In this document: positions 45,856 through 58,037 of the stretch, one piece after another
How positions within the stretch are numbered: the first letter of the stretch is position 1
How the letters are laid out: each line of letters starts with the position of its first letter
Assembly: GCA_043228905.1 (NCBI GenBank)
Contig: JBHGNT010000013.1
Coordinates: 19,778,001-19,842,000 of the forward strand
DNA: 64,000 nucleotides
Direction of reading: 5' to 3'
DNA from: Azolla caroliniana
Taxonomy: Eukaryota; Plantae; Polypodiophyta
Translations under genes and position numbers: made by a program
Notes under the pieces: generated by a model
The model's database searches: none
Seen by the model: only the letters and a program-made list of their open reading frames with translations
Told to the model about the DNA's origin: nothing

Positions 45856-48163
45856 GTTGATGTAGTGTCTTCCTTTTCGACTTTTCTTCCTTCGGTCACA
45901 TACAGGTGCTACAAAGCGGCACTACGGTAGTAGATAACCGGATTTGTTGTTGGCGTCTCGAACACACAATCACTATGAGGCGGATGGGCTTAGTGGATGT
46001 GCTAAACCACACACTTTGATACCATGTCAATAATTAGGTAATTAACTAAGGGTTAAATAGTATCTGATTATGTGAATAGTTAATCACCTACTAAATTAAG
46101 CAATGGAAGATTATGTGATGTGTGTGTGTATGTGAAAAGTATGAGGGGAAGGAAAAAAGAACACTTACGAACAATAAGATAAATGGGAGATGATTAACAA
46201 GTATAGCTCAAGGAACTCTTGCTTATATTAAAAGACATCAAGTTACTAAAATATCTATCATGAGGTATATATACATTTCATGTGCAAGGGTGCACATGTG
46301 TGAAGGGTACAAGGACGTAAGTCCTGATTAAATGTACTCGGTAGTGGAGAATCTAGAAATGTATTCATTCTTAAGTACAAGTATAAAATCCTATTTAAGA
46401 ATTTGAAGTCAACACACTAACTAGATCCTATGTGTGTAACTACTAAGTTACACATATGACAAAATAACTAAACCTAGTTGAGCTTCATATCTCAACACTA
46501 AATAAAAAAGCACCCACTATTTTTATTTGGGCAAAGAAGGTAAGTAATGCATGTAATTGGGGAGAAAAAGAAAGGTGTATGATAAATAGAAAAGCACCCA
46601 CTATTTTTATTTGGCTGAAGAAGGTTCATTGTTAAGGGGGGAAGAGAGAGACAAGGCGGAAGTGCTATTGAAATCCAGAGGGAGCTTAGGGTTGTGAATC
46701 AAGAGGACCCGTGAGATCAACGACAACCAAAGGCCGAAACTCGAGGATCTTCCCTCGAAGTGCTACTCGTGATTTTATATTTCCCATATACTCTTGTCTA
46801 CCTATCCTTCTTTTGTCTCTTGATCACTCCATATAATGGAGCCGAGAATTGGCTCATTCTACTTACACACCCTCATAAACTAATTATTACTTACATTTTT
46901 TTAAATATAAAATCTATTTTGTTTAAAATAAATTAAAATAAATACATAAATAATAATAATGATGATGACGATGACGATAAATACGAATAAAATCAATCAA
47001 TAAATAAAAACAAATACATAATAATAATAGTAAAATTAGGTAAACTAAAAATAGAATATAGATATAAAATAAAAATGTTTCGATAGTAGCAATTTTAATT
47101 TTGACTAAATAAATAAATTATTTTAACAATTAAATTAAAATGAATAAATAATAATAATATTCTATTTAAATATTTAAATAGGGAAATGAGTATAACAGTA
47201 AATAAAATAATCATAATTATAATATAATATAATAAATAAATAAATAAAAATAATATAATATATTAAGATTAAAAAGTTAAATATCAACTTCTCCTAATGA
47301 CAAATACCTACACACCTTAAAACCGACCTACATTTCTAAACACTCACATCAAACTAGTCCGTACGTTAAACTTAGAAGACTCAAGACGACCCATCCTCTC
47401 TGGTGATGCTTAAATTTCACACACGCGCTGTCGTGAAGATTTTCGGCAATGGTATGAAAATCAAATAAAACGTACGAAATCAAGTGTGATTCATATAAAA
47501 CAATAATAGTGAAGATACTAATTTAAATATGTTTAATATCTTAGTACAAAAAGATGGAGGTCTTCAAGAGCTTTCAAATGTGCTTTAACACATAAAAAAC
47601 GAACATCTAAGTGACAAGTTATGTGAGAGTGAAGTATGAGAAGGAAGAAGAGAAAAATAAAACTGTGAGATATCCCACATAGACAGGAAATAAGGGTCTC
47701 ACCGTATATAAGGTAGAGCAAAAGCTATTATCTTTGTGTGGAGCATAGAGAGTTCAAGGTGACTTGAACTAAGCTATTGGATGAATGGGTGTGGCCTAAC
47801 TACTTGCAAAGGTTGTTGGGAGACAGGTCCCTCCGGATGGAAAAGAGAAGAACAGTGCCGATGAACAAACTCGGCCGAGGCCGAAACTGGATGAGGAGTA
47901 CCCGGCTACGGAGAGCCGGATGGTGTAGACCCGGTGAGAACCGGATGAGGAATACCCGGCTACAGAGAGCCGGATGGTGCAGACCCGGTGAGGAATGCTC
48001 ACCGGATGAAGAGACATATTCGTAAATATGTTTCTGAGAGTCCATCGAGGCTATATTTGTAAATAGCCGAAAAGTCATATTAGTATAAATATGACTTAGG
48101 GCAACTTTTAGTATGGGTTGTTGTCAATTCTTGTTGGTGCAAGAAGTGAGAGCGCATAACTGT

Positions 48164-48219
<56 letters not shown>

Positions 48220-48506
48220 CGTTGCCTCGCCGCCTGTGGCAAGGATCGTGAGCACGAGGTCGTTGCCTCCGTGAACTCACTGTTGGACATTCTAACATAG
48301 TGATAGTTTGCAGCCTGTGGGTTGCTGTGGTTTTTCCCTTAGTTTTGGGTTTTCCACGTAAACATCCTGTGTGCTCTTCTCTCCATTGTGTCGTGCATTA
48401 TTTTTCGTTTTCTGTGCATGATTCTAAGCTCGGTTGTGGCCGAGCGTTGCGTATAAGGAGCGTTTTAGTTCCCGTCAAGTGGTATCAGAGCGAAACGACA
48501 CAGAAA

Positions 48507-51500
48507 ATGGACGACTCGTTTGGCGGCATGTTCAAGCTCACCGGCTCCAACTATTCAGTGTGGAAGTCGAAGATGAGGGACATGCTCGTGGTTAAAGACC
48601 TCTGGCTGCCGGTTCAGTTCGGGGACAAGAGACCAGACAAAATCGACGCCGCAATATGGGAGGTGATGCACATGAAGACAACGGCGTACATACGGTGCTT
48701 CATCGACATGAGCCTGTACAACAACTTCAATGAAGAGAGCAAGGGTCATGAGCTCTGGGAGAAGATCAACATAATGTTTCAAAACAAAAATGCTGTTAAT
48801 CAGGTTTCGGTATTCAGGAAGCTAGTAAGACTCCGTTACCAAGATGGCTCCAGCATGGCGGAGCACATGAATGCCTTCCAGGGGCTGATCCACCAGGCAA
48901 CTTCATTGGAAGTACCTCTCGCCGATGAGGTACTAGTGCTACTCCTACTCGGTTCCCTCCCGGATAGCTGGGAGACGCTGGTTGTCACTTTGGGCAACGT
49001 CGGGCCGGAGGGAAAGCGGTTATCCCTAGCAAGAGTAAAGTCGAGCTTGCTAGATGAGGAGGCGCGTCGGAAAGATAAAGATACGAGCTCCGACTCCAAA
49101 GTGCTCCTTACCGAATCGGAACGCGGAAGACAAAGAAACCGTAGTCCCCAGAACCGGGAAAAGTCGGGGACACGGTCAAAGTCAAGGGGGAGACCTACTT
49201 GCTTCTATTGCGGCAAGCCGAGACACTTCCAGAAGAACTGTCGGCATTTCCGAAAGGACAAGGAAACCGATGGTACCGATTCGAAGCGGACACCGGACCG
49301 GAACAGTAAAGACCGTAGGGGACCGGACCGGAAGGGAACGACGGCAATTGCGGCAAGTGAAGAGGAGTTGATGCTCATCACCGAGGAGAGTGAGATAAAC
49401 CATGCCGGCGACGAGATGACCTGGGTGGTAGACTCCGGAGCGTCGTTCCACCTTACCCCGGACCGGAAATGCTTCTCATCCTACTAAGTCGGTGATCACG
49501 GCTGTGTCCGGATGGGGAATGAAGGTACATGCCGAATTGTCGGCATAGGAGACGTGTGGCTGTCAACACCAACCGGATGTAAGTTGCTGCTGAAGGATGT
49601 CCGACACGTTCCGGAGGTACGTCTGAACCTGATATCAGCCGGTTGGCTAGATGATGAAGGCTACACGGGTAGCATCCGGAACGGTGTCATGAAGTTCAGC
49701 AAAGGGAGCCTGATTGTGGCTCGGGCCCGGAAGGTCAACACACTGTACTTGATGAATGCCCGGTTATGTCCGGAAGAAGTGAACGTGGCATCCGACACTG
49801 CCGGTGAGCTGTGGCACAAGAGGTTGTGTCATATGAGCGAGAAGGGGATGAAGAGGCTTGCAGACGACAACCTCATTCCAGTGAAGAACGTGCACTTGGA
49901 GAAGTGCACTGATTGTCTGGCCGGTAAGCAAAACCGGACCTCTTTTCGACCAAGGCCACCGATGAGACGTAATGCACCACTGGAGTTGGTGTATACGGAT
50001 GTGTGTCAAGTAGACACGAAGTCACATGCCGGAGCGCAGTACTTCGTGATGTTCATAGATGACCACAGCCGGAAGCTATGCACCACACCATTGAAGACAA
50101 AGGATCAGGTGCTATCCGTCTTCAAAGAGCTCCACGCGAGAGTGGAAAGAGAAACCGGCTGGAAGCTGAAGGTGGTTCGAGCAGATAACGGAGGAGAATA
50201 CCGAGGGCAGTTCGAGGAGTACTGCCGCTCGAAGGGAATCCAGCTCGAATTTACCGTGCTGAAGACACCGGAGCTAAACGGAGTGGCCGAGAGGTTGAAT
50301 CGGACCATAATGGAGAGGGTCCGGAGTATGTTAGCGCATTCAAAACTACCCAAGAAGTTTTCGGCTGAGGCACTGTTGATGGCGACATATGTGATAAATA
50401 GATCACCCTCAGTACCCTTGGACGGAGACATGCCACAGAGAGTGTGGACCGGGAAGGAAGTATCCTACCGGCATCTGAAGGTGTTCGGGTGTCTCGCGTA
50501 CGTGCATGTAGCTAAGGACCGGAGAGGAAAGTTAGATCCAAAGACCCAGCCATGCATATTCCTCGGTTACAGTGACGATGAGTTCGGCTACCGAGTGTGG
50601 GACCTGGTCGACAAGAAGGTATTCCGGAGTCGAGATATTATTTTCATGGAGGACAAGACGCTTGTCGACTGGTAGTCGGAGAAGAAGATAATGAACTCCG
50701 AGTCGACCGGTAAGGATCGACTCTACGATGAGCAGACCCAACCGGCAAGAGACCGGTTAGCACTCGAGGGACCAGCCGGTTACGGTGAGGATACCGAACA
50801 GGTTGAAGAAGAAGTAGAGGAAGCTGAAACTGGAACTGGCCAAGACCCCGAATCGGATTCGGATGAAGAGAAAATGGAGGAGCCGGTTACCGAAGCCCGA
50901 AGACGGAGATATCCTCTCAGAGAGAGAAGGGCCCCCCGGAGATTTTCGGATGCAGAGCATGTTCTGCTGACCGATGAGGGGGAGCCGGAAAGCTTCGAAG
51001 AAGCGAAGGATGACGCCCACAACCGCAAATGGTTAAGTGCCATGCAGGATGAGATGGATTCCCTGCATGAGAACCATACGTACGAATTGGTGGAGTTGCC
51101 GAAAGGAAAGTGGGCACTCCGAAACAAGTGGGTGTACAAGTTGAAACCGAGAGATGCCGGCAACCCCCCGAGATACAAAGCCAAGATCGTGGTGAAGGGG
51201 TTCCAGTAGAAAAAGGGCGTGGACTTTGACGAGATATTTGCCCCAGTTGTAAAGATGACCTCCATCCGGACGGTGCTGAGTATAGCGGCAAGCATGGACC
51301 TCGAGGTAGAACAGCTGGACGTGAAGACGACATTCCTTCACGGGGACCTCGAAGAGGAGATCTACATGCAACAACCGGAAGGATTCGTGGAGAAAGGGAA
51401 GGAGCACCTGGTATGTTGGTTGAAGAAGAGCCTCTACGGGTTGAAGCAGGCCCTCTGGCAATGGTACCGGAAGTTCGATTCCTTCATGACCGATCAAGGG

Positions 51501-52553
51501 TACCACAAGACGCAGGCCGATCACTGCGTGTTTGTGAGGAAGTTTGAAGGAGGCGACTTCCTGATACTCCTTCTGTACGTGGATGACATGTTGATCGTTG
51601 GATGGGACCAAGTCAAAATACGGATGCTAAAGAAGGCCCTCAACCGGACCTTCTCAATGAAAGACTTGGGTCTGGCAAGACATATGCTGGGGATGCATAT
51701 TATCCGGAACCGGTCAGTGAAGCAATTATGGCTATCATAGGAAAAGTACGTGACAAAGGTGCTTCACCGGTTCAACATGTTAGATGCGAAACCGGTCGGA
51801 TCAACACTTCCGGCAAACTGCAGGCTATCCGGTAAGCAAAGCCCGAAGACGAAAGCAGAGAAGGCGGATATGATGAAGATTCCATATGCCTCTGCCGTCG
51901 GGAGCTTGATGTACGCAATGGTGTGTACCCGATCGGATATAGGATACGCAGTCGGAGTGGTGAGCCGATTTATGAGCAATCCCGGCAAGGAGCACTGGAA
52001 CGCGGTCAAATGGATACTTTGGTATTTGACGGGCACTTCAAATATGTGTCTCCAATTCGACTCCGGAAAACCTCAACTTGACGGTTTCACCGATTCGAAC
52101 ATGTCGGCTGATGTGGATACCAGCCGGTCTACATCTGGGTATGTAATGACATATGCAGGGGGAGCTGTTTCGTGGCAGTCGAGGCTGCAGAAGACGGTTG
52201 CGTTGTCAACCACGGAAGCGGAGTACATGGTGGCTGTGGAAGCCGGCAAGGAAATATAATGGATGAAGGACTTCATCGGAGAGCTCGGTATCCGGCAAGA
52301 TGAATACCGACTCTATTGCGACAGTCAAAGTGCCATCCACCTTGCTAAGAATGCGGCCTACCATTCCCAGACGAAGCATATCCAGCGAAGGTATCACTGG
52401 ATCCGGGAAAGAGTAGATGACCAAGAGTTCGCGCTGACGAAGATCCACACGGCCGAGACCGGGTCAGATATGCTGACCAAAGTTCTGATACCCGACAAGC
52501 TGGATGCATGCCGGAAGAGGATCGGACTAGTAAGACACCCCATGCCAGAGTGA
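48507..52553 (+). pseudogene. copia C gag-pol, one reading frame broken by point-mutation stops
   Basis: CFYCGKPRHFQKNC, WVVDSGASFH, LWHKRLCH, DNGGEY, LLYVDDML, SWQSRLQKTVALSTTEAEY. In-frame stops end at 49487, 50675, 51209, 51740 and 52259. Confidence 0.95.
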
Positions 52554-52636
52554 AGGGGGAGTTTGTTGGGAGACAGGTCCCTCCGGATGGAAAAGAGAAG
52601 AACAATGCCGATGAACAAACTCGGTTGAGGCCGAAA

Positions 52637-53014
52637 CCGGATGAGGAGTACCCGGCTACGGAGAGCCGGATGGTGCAGACCCGGTGAGAACCGGATGAGG
52701 AGTACCCGGCTACGGAGAGCCGGATGGTGCAGACTTGGTGAGAACCGGATGAGGAGTACCCGGCTACGGAGAGTCGGATGGTGCAGACTCGGTGAGAACC
52801 GGATGAGGAGTACCCGGCTACGGAGAGCCGGATGGTGCAGACTCGGTGAGAACCGGATGAGGAGTACCCGGCTACGGAGAGTCGGATGGTGCAGACTCGG
52901 TGAGAACCGGATGAGGAGTACCCGGCTACGGAGAGCCGGATGGTGCAGACCCGGTGAGAACCGGATGAGGAGTACCCGACTACGGAGAGCCGGATGGTGC
53001 AGACCCGGTGAGGA
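52637..53014 (+). repeat. 54-bp tandem repeat x7 in the copia C 3'LTR (x2 in the 5'LTR at 47887-47994)
   Basis: Unit CCGGATGAGGAGTACCCGGCTACGGAGAGCCGGATGGTGCAGACCCGGTGAGAA; the 18-aa periodicity is visible in the ORF track. Confidence 0.95.
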
Positions 53015-53516
53015 ATGCTCACCGGATGAAGAGACATATTCGTAAATATGTTTTTGAGAGTCCATCGAGGCTATATTTGTAAATAGCCGAAAAGTCATAT
53101 TAGTATAAATATGACTTAGGGCAACTTTTAGTATGGGTTGTTGTCAATTCTTGTTGGTGCAAGAAGTGAGAGCGCATAACTGTGTACAGAGAGAGAGAGA
53201 GAGAGAAAGAGGTCGTTGCCACTGTTGTAACCGCCGCCTGTGGCAAGGATCGTGAGCACGAGGTCGTTGCCTCCGTGAACTCACTGTTGGACATTCTAAC
53301 ATAGTGATAGTTTGCAGCCTCTGGGCTGCCGTGGTTTTTCCCTTAGTTTTGGGTTTTCCAAGTAAACATCTTGTGTGCTCTTCTCTCCATTGTGTCGTGC
53401 ATTATTTTTCGTTTTCTGTGCATGATTCTAAGCTCGGTTGTGGCCGAGTGTTGTGTATAAGGAGCGTTTTAGTTCCTGTCAAAGGTTTTGAACCTTGCAC
53501 ATATATATATACACAC

Positions 53517-53588
53517 GGAGTGCAAGTGTGGATTTGAACCTTGCATCTCCAAGTTGAGACGTCTATAGGATTACCACTAAGCTAAGAC
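53517..53588 (-). other. tRNA-derived A-box/B-box module inside the solo-LTR-like element
   Basis: Minus strand reads TAGCTTAGTGGTAA...GGAGATGCAAGGTTCAAATCC; T8 to G53-T54-T55-C56 spacing matches tRNA numbering. Confidence 0.65.
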
Positions 53589-54175
53589 AATTTCTTGAAA
53601 TAATATTTTTATCATTGTATCTTTACATGTAATTCTCATACATGAGAGCTAAAATGAGTGACGTGGTTATCATGCACCACATGTAATACATGAGCGCCAA
53701 ATGGCAAATATGCATTTTATGCATGTCTTGAACCCTCAAATGCATGAGGGCATCTATAAGAGAGGGGATTAAAAAGATCAAAGGGGGATTTTAAGAATGT
53801 AAAATTTTTGGAAGCTTTGTACTTGATATCAAAATTAAAATTAAAAGTATGAAATTCGTTATCCAATTGATGATATATCTTGTCTCTCAAAAACTCTCTC
53901 TCAATCTAAAACTCAAGTGTTCTATCTTATCTCAATCTCTCTCTTTCAATCTATCTTAAAACCATTCTCGCTAAAGCTAGTGCGAACTTCGAGTCCTTCC
54001 GATCCAGAACCCCGACGGTTCCACCTCACGATCCGCACGTAGTGACGGATCTTGACAACAGCGCGCATAAGTTCGCGACAACAACTGCCACCTATCAAAA
54101 ACATTTGAGCTTCTTTGTCTTTGAATTCACCTCTTTGTGATTCATCTCAACTTTTATAGGCTTTTAAAAAGATTT

Positions 54176-55890
54176 GACTGGAAGTGGATCTGCGATTCGA
54201 CGCATCGCCGGCCCAGTCGGCATCCGTGTAACCGACTCCCTCTTCAGTTATACATCGCTGGTATACCAGTCCCCGGTCCTTCCTGCCGCTTACATATCGC
54301 AGTATCCGCTGCGCGCACTGAAGGTGCTCCATGGTCGGCTTTTGCATGAACTGACTCATTATTCAAACCGGATAACTGATGTCGGGTAGCGTGATAATCA
54401 AGTAAATAAGGCTTCTGACAATTTGTCAGAACCGTTTCTCGTTGTAGGCCGGTCCGGAGTTGGGACAAAGCTTCTAGTTCCAATCCAAGGGTGTGGAGGC
54501 AGGTCGACATTCTGTCATGCCGAACTTGTACAACATATTCAAGACGTAATGTCGTTGTGAGAGAAATATGTCGTCGGGGGTTCGGATCACCTTGATCCCA
54601 AGAAAATAATGAAGGTCCTCCAGGTCCTTCATCTCAAATGCGTCTGATAAATGGGAATTGACGCAGTTGACTTCTGGAAGACCCGGTCCGGTGATGACTA
54701 AATCATCGACTTACAACAGGATACATACCAGACCGGTTGAGCCTTGCCGGATGAACAACGAAGAGTCAGACTTGGAGGCCGCAAACCCCATCTTACGCAA
54801 CTGGTGCGTGATCTTCGCATTCCAAGCTCGAGGGGCTTGCTTCAGGCCGTACAACGACTTCTTCAGCCGGCATACCGCCGATTTGTTCATCTCCGATTGA
54901 AAACCGGGAGGCTGAGTCATAAAGACTTCTTCTTCAAGATCACCTTGAAGAAATGCATTCTTCAAATCCATTTGATGAAGATGCCACCCCCTTGCCGCAG
55001 CAACCACCAACACCACACGAACCGTCGTCATCTTAGCTACCGGAGCGAAGGTCTCGTCGTAGTCGATTCCGTGGGTCTGCGCGTATCCTTTCGCCACTAA
55101 CCGGGCCTTGTACCGGTTAACTGAACCGTCGGTGTTGTACTTTACCTTGTACACCCACTTGCATCCGATCGGTTTACAGTGACGGGGACGGTCAACTAGG
55201 TCCCATGTCTTGTTGACATCAAGTGCTCACATTTCTTCCTCCATAGCGGCACGCCAATTGATGTCCTTTGCTGCTTCTAGGTAGCTCTCCGGCTCACGCA
55301 CTTCCGCCACCTTAGTCATGTACCCATAGTGATGCGCCATGTACTCATTGTACCCGTACCGCTTGACGGGATCCTTCTAGCGGGTGGACTGGCGTAACTC
55401 ACCGTTACCCGGTTTAAGGCCTTTCTTGGCCGGTTCGGTCTTCGTTGCCGAAGATCCGCCTTTGTCCTTGACGGAGTCGGATGCACACCGATCCGACTCA
55501 TCATTGCCGGTTTCGAAGTCTGGCATCTTTTTCTTCCCTTTCTCTTTGCGCGTGAACCGTCTCCTCGGTTCCTTGCGCGGGGAGTGCACGGTAGAGTCTC
55601 CACTACTCGCCGGTTCCTCATCGGACTAGTCAGATTGACTCAGTCTCTCGTTCGGCTCGCTCAACCGAAACGATTCCGGACTCTCATCCCGAGTCCACGC
55701 TTCATCATCATCTACCTGGGCCGGTTTAGGTTCACTAGCCTCATCCTCCGGACTCTCATCCTGAGTCCACGCTTCATCATCATCTACTTGGGCCGGTTTA
55801 GGCTCACTAGGAAGTCCTGATGTGCCGCATCAGGTGTTTCGTTGGCTCCTTTATTGAAACTCCAATAGCCATGCCCAAGCAGGTACTAGT
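54176..55890 (-). pseudogene. Internally deleted copia fragment (short gag piece joined to post-integrase linker, RT and partial RNase H)
   Basis: YKVKYNTDGSVNRYKARLVAKGYAQ, LYGLKQAPRAW, GYTDADWAG. 72-bp duplication at 55675-55809. Resembles copia B. Confidence 0.9.
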
Positions 55891-55991
55891 CGTATAAGAT
55901 GCACCAGTACCTGCTTGGGCATGGCTACTAGAGTTTCGTCAAAGGAGCCAACGAAACATCACCTGATGCGGCACATAAGGATTTCCCAGTG
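55805..55991. repeat. Inverted repeat, ~86-89-bp arms with a 12-nt loop
   Basis: 55805-55890 is the imperfect reverse complement of 55903-55991, e.g. TAGCCATGCCCAAGCAGGTACT / AGTACCTGCTTGGGCATGGCTA. Confidence 0.92.
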
Positions 55992-57276
55992 TGGGAACAA
56001 TCGGCAAGTAGAGTGATGTACTGCTTCGTGTCTAGTGTCGGAGACTAACTGTTGAGCCACATCCGAGACGCCAAGACGCCGAAAGAGGCTTGGGGAAACC
56101 TGAAGAAGGCTTTCGCTGCAAGTACCACAGCCCGAAAGCTGCAACTCCGCCAGGAGTTGAGCAATGTCCGACAGAAGGACATGTCGGTGGCAGATTACAC
56201 GGCCCGGATCAAAGAGATTTGTGACTCGCTTGCCTCTATCAATGTTATCGTAGAGGAAGACGAGATGGTATAGGTCTGTCTTGGGGGCCTAGCGTCTAAC
56301 TTTAGAGCGTTCCAAACAGCAGTATGTACAAGGGAGAATACACCGTCATTTTTCGACTTACAGTCGATGCTCCTTGTAGAGGAGAACCATGCCGGTGCGT
56401 AAACTAGCGCACCCATTGACATCCGGATGTTGTACACAAAAGCGGATCGGTCCCGTGGGCATGGTGGACAAGGCGGGTCGGCACGCAATGGAGGCGGCCG
56501 ACAAGACCAGGAACAAAGGCACAGAGAACGTGTCGACAACAGTTCCGGACCCTCCGGGAGTAGGGGGAGTCATGGCGGCACCGGAAGACGACAAGAGAAG
56601 ACTGCAAGGGAATGCTGGTACTATGGCAAAAAGGGCCACAGAGAGAGCGAGTGCTGGAGAAAACGTGCCGACTTGGACAAATCCGGATCCGGCAAGGATG
56701 GCCGGCAAAGCTCGCACTACGCGAAGGGATCTCGGGAGGATTCAAGAACGGTAACGGGCCAGCCTTGGTGATGAAGCACGAGGCGAACTCGATGAAGAAG
56801 ACCACTTCCAAATCGGAGGAACTGTGGTATGTTGATTCCGGTGCGTGGAACCACATGACGAACCACAAAGAGTGGTTCTCTTTTTTGGAGAAACCGGATC
56901 AACCAAGAGTAGTCGAAACCGGAGACGACACTCCTCACCCAATTGTGCACGTCAGACAAGTCCCTTTGAGCCACGTCGGACAGAAGGGGAAGCTGATGAA
57001 CGTATTACACGTTCCGACAATCATGAAGAACCTGGTGTCGGTCGGACAGATCGTCGACCAAGGGATGCAGGTGCGGTTTACGCACCTCGAATGCTTCATC
57101 GAGGAAGAGGGCCAGATTATTGCGCAAGGGCGCAGAGACGGGAGGATGTTTATCCTCAACACCAATGACGTCGGCACCGCTCTGTTTGCAAAAGGACAGA
57201 AGGTCGAATCAGACATCGACCTGTGGCACAAGCGGATAGGCCACGTCAATTACTAGAGGCTTCAAGACCTGCAAAA
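55891..57276 (+). pseudogene. copia gag-protease-pre-integrase fragment, truncated by the DNA-transposon-like element
   Basis: MHQYLLGHGY, SHIRDAKTPKEAW, CWYYGKKGHRESEC, WYVDSGAWNHMT, LWHKRIGH. Similarity stops abruptly at ~57276. Confidence 0.9.
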
Positions 57277-58037
57277 CACCGGGTCATTTGAAATAGGTAA
57301 TATGTCGTATTCTCTTTTGGCATAGTTGGCCAGATGTAGAAAAGTACCCTATTTTAGCCTAATATCGAAAATATACGATGCATGCGTACCCCTTTTGCGA
57401 CTTGATGGTTAAATATAGAACAAAAAAAACCTAGCAATTACTAAATTGTATATGTGTCCACATTCGTGTCAATTTGCATATCATGGAGCACAATTGAAGA
57501 CTTGGTTCAATATAAAGTTCTAAAATTGGTATCCATATTCAAATTGTAGAGTAAAACTACATAAACCGTAATTATAAATATGTGGTTTTGGGTTTAGGAA
57601 TAAAGTAGTACCCCACTTGTTGGACGGGTATATCGATAGTTTCATTGTATAATGTCATATAGTTCATGACAATGTAATTGGTAAGAGTAACAATTACGTA
57701 CGACATTCATTTATATTATGTGGAACCAGTAGACTTGAACCGTAGGTAACTAAAAACCTCTTATTATCAAAAACATTCGCCTTTTCATATATAGTCATGC
57801 TAACGGAAATGAGAAATTACAATATCATGTTAATATCTCAAACTGAAGAAGAACATGGTGACCAATTATATGTAAATACAAACAACGGTTCCAATAATGA
57901 TTAAAAAGGGAAATTATGAACAAGTGAATTTAATTAAACGATAAACAATTACAGATGTTCTCATATACAAATATAATATGAAGTGATGGTGAACATTATG
58001 CCTCAAAATCCTCAATTTTTACATTACGCCATCTACA

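Larger units (their letters stand above)
39784..46497 (-). mobile_element. Full-length decayed Ty1/copia LTR retrotransposon B
   Basis: 5'LTR 46497-46025 and 3'LTR 40271-39784, TSD CTAAA, PBS TGGTATCAAAG at 46024-46014, purine-rich PPT next to 40272. Confidence 0.96.
39657..46625. repeat. ~90-bp tandem array (3 units) split by the insertion of copia B
   Basis: CATGTAATTGGGGAGAAAAAGAAAGGTG...AAAGCACCCACTATTTTTATTTGG units at 39657, 39747 (continuing at 46498) and 46550. Confidence 0.8.
47814..53481 (+). mobile_element. Full-length Ty1/copia LTR retrotransposon C (Tnt1/Tork-like)
   Basis: 5'LTR 47814-48477 and 3'LTR 52564-53481, TSD AAGGT, PBS TGGTATCAGAGC at 48480-48491, PPT GTGAAGGGGGAG. 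Confidence 0.97.
47429..54060 (+). mobile_element. Second copy of the TGTCGTGAAGAT solo-LTR-like family, TSD GCGC, interrupted by copia C
   Basis: GCGC at 47425-47428 and 54061-54064. Segments 47429-47813 and 53487-54060 align with 37106-38216. Ends ATCTTGACAACA. Confidence 0.9.

Noticed and set aside
46880-47290. Extremely AT-rich tract
   Set aside because: Low complexity with no periodic unit or termini that I could define.
52637-53014. Regular repeats resembling a CRISPR array or a repeat-protein ORF
   Set aside because: The units are head-to-tail with no unique spacers and lie inside an LTR; ORFs on both strands are by-products of a stop-free 54-mer.
53517-53588. Functional tRNA genes at the A/B-box modules
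   Set aside because: Acceptor and anticodon stems do not pair; only the promoter boxes and their spacing are kept.
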